From assembly GCA_963697335.1 (NCBI GenBank), contig CAVONQ010000007.1:1-64000 (forward strand): DNA of 64,000 nucleotides, written 5' to 3'. A program made the translations under genes and the position numbers. The stretch is from an uncultured cyanobacterium (GTDB lineage Bacteria > Cyanobacteriota > Cyanobacteriia > PCC-6307 > Cyanobiaceae). Positions within the stretch are counted from its first letter, which is position 1. Every line of letters starts with the position of its first letter. Shown piece by piece: positions 61,799 through 64,000 of this stretch. The notes beneath the pieces are model-generated. The model was not told the origin of the DNA, did not search any database, and saw only the letters and a program-made list of their open reading frames with translations.

Positions 61799-62553
61799 AG
61801 CGGGTCCTCTGGTGCGGAGGCTCCCACCTGGGAAATACCAAGAATTCAGCGATTCGCCGCCTGCACCAAGGGTTGCTGTGCGACTACAACGCCGACTTCT
61901 ACATCACCGCTGCCCCCGCCAACCGCAACTGGAGCGCCAGGGGGGGGCGTTACGGAGTGGAGGGCAGCACGGTATTTGGCAATCGCACCATGCCCAAGGA
62001 GCGGCGTGATCTGAGCCTCTATGCCGCCATTATCTTCGTTGGCCAGTGGATTCAACCCTGGTTCGCCTTTCGGGACGCTCTTCCCCTCTCAGATGCCCTG
62101 CTGCGCCTGAGCCTGGAGGGCTTGCCCCTGCATCCCTGGATCACCCGTCAAGGCCATCGGGTGCGCTGGTTCAATGAGCCCCTGACCTTGTTTCCCCAGC
62201 TCACCCAGGCCCCCGTGATCCTGATTCGCGACCCCGAGGCCCGCATGGAGCACTACCGACTCGTGCCGGCGGCGGTAAAGCGGAGCTTCCAGGCCCATCT
62301 GGAGGCATTCTGCCGGGAGGCCGGCATCGTGCTCTGTCCCCAGGCCTCGGACGCCCTGGATCGCGACCTGGTGACCCTGCCGCGCTATCTCCGCAACAGA
62401 GCTGGGGAGGATTGCGTGCACATGTCGGATGAGTACTGGCAGCGTCTGTTCGTCAATCAGCTGGAGCCGCTGTTGAGGGTCCAGCTGCAGCAGTGCAACG
62501 GGAGTGTGGGGTCGAGCAACCTGGCAACAGCTAGAGTAAATTCATCAGGTTAA
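61795..62553 (+). CDS. Hypothetical SGNH-hydrolase-like protein
   Basis: ATGA overlap with the GSCFA gene; N-terminal VLWCGGSH (block I-like) and C-terminal DCVHM (DxxH, block V-like). Confidence 0.6.
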   Translation: MKRVLWCGGSHLGNTKNSAIRRLHQGLLCDYNADFYITAAPANRNWSARGGRYGVEGSTVFGNRTMPKERRDLSLYAAIIFVGQWIQPWFAFRDALPLSDALLRLSLEGLPLHPWITRQGHRVRWFNEPLTLFPQLTQAPVILIRDPEARMEHYRLVPAAVKRSFQAHLEAFCREAGIVLCPQASDALDRDLVTLPRYLRNRAGEDCVHMSDEYWQRLFVNQLEPLLRVQLQQCNGSVGSSNLATARVNSSG

Positions 62554-62562
62554 CCCTGAAAT

Positions 62563-62907
62563 ATGAGCAGGTTTCAAGCAACCATCTCCACATTTGCAGC
62601 GATCGGCACGATTGCCCTCACTGTTGTAACGGTCTACCGTTTCGTTGACAATCAGCGGCAGAGCGAGCTGCAGAATCAGAAGGAAATTCAAACTCTCAGA
62701 GAGCAGCTCAATCAGCGGTTGCTGGACAGGCCCCTCGAATCGGAGCCTGACGCTCCCACTCCCACACCGCGAGAGTCTTCAAGGCCGTCCGTGGGATCTG
62801 GTGGGCCATCAGAGCCAGCCCAGTCTGCGCCGCCGGTGTTCAAGCCCTCTGTGATCCAGCCCACGGATCCCCCTCCGGATCCGCCCCCAGTTGAATCCGG
62901 CCCCTGA
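62563..62907 (+). CDS. Hypothetical protein: N-terminal TM, short coiled coil, Pro-rich tail
   Basis: FAAIGTIALTVVTVY TM, QSELQNQKEIQTLREQL, PPPDPPP tail; AT-rich 5' end. Confidence 0.6.
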   Translation: MSRFQATISTFAAIGTIALTVVTVYRFVDNQRQSELQNQKEIQTLREQLNQRLLDRPLESEPDAPTPTPRESSRPSVGSGGPSEPAQSAPPVFKPSVIQPTDPPPDPPPVESGP

Positions 62908-62947
62908 GGAAGCTGGCAGGGCCACAGCCCAACAGCCCGCAAGAACG

Positions 62948-62972
62948 AAAAAAGCGCCCCGGGAGGGGCGCT
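62948..62972 (-). terminator. Intrinsic terminator of groEL
   Basis: Minus strand reads AGCGCCCC-TCCC-GGGGCGCT followed by TTTTT. Confidence 0.8.
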
Positions 62973-63020
62973 GCTGACAGGGGGATGACAAGACCCACCC
63001 TGGTTGGGGGATTAGATCGA

Positions 63021-64000
<980 letters not shown>

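Overview
GC-rich (roughly 68-70% by eye) chromosomal segment of a picocyanobacterium, most likely Cyanobium/Synechococcus-type, judged from kaiABC, nblS, psbV, petF, ftrV, the cyanobacterial rpoZ and gene order. It is almost entirely core genes: pdhC-ylqD-aas-lipB; hpf-deoC-recO-MFS-GT4 (probably dgdA); an acyltransferase, pyrF and tyrS; pepA; msrA-lpxB-lpxA-fabZ-lpxC-bamA-purC; purD-nblS; kaiCBA; rplU-rpmA; yhhQ, truB and yebC; nagB and a SpoIID-domain gene; rnz, psbV, petF, prmA and serA; tRNA-Val(GAC) and murD; rpoZ; an atypical Hsp70; pyrR, gpmI, secG and msrB; and a partial groEL. Accessory-looking DNA is limited to the left edge (exported HAD phosphatase plus AraC regulator) and a lower-GC three-gene block between msrB and groEL (GSCFA protein, coupled SGNH-like protein, membrane-anchored Pro-rich protein). 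I saw no transposase, integrase, prophage or CRISPR array. The best leads are: the GSCFA/SGNH pair with apparently complementary catalytic motifs; a possible dispersed Aas/LplT-like lysolipid-recycling neighbourhood; a HhH + GIY-YIG pair resembling a split UvrC; a structured leader before an RHH-like DUF2811 gene; a one-base frameshift in a KimA-like transporter; and a Lys-to-Gln change at a DeoC catalytic position. All family calls come from motif recognition, not database searches, and several start codons were re-chosen by eye.
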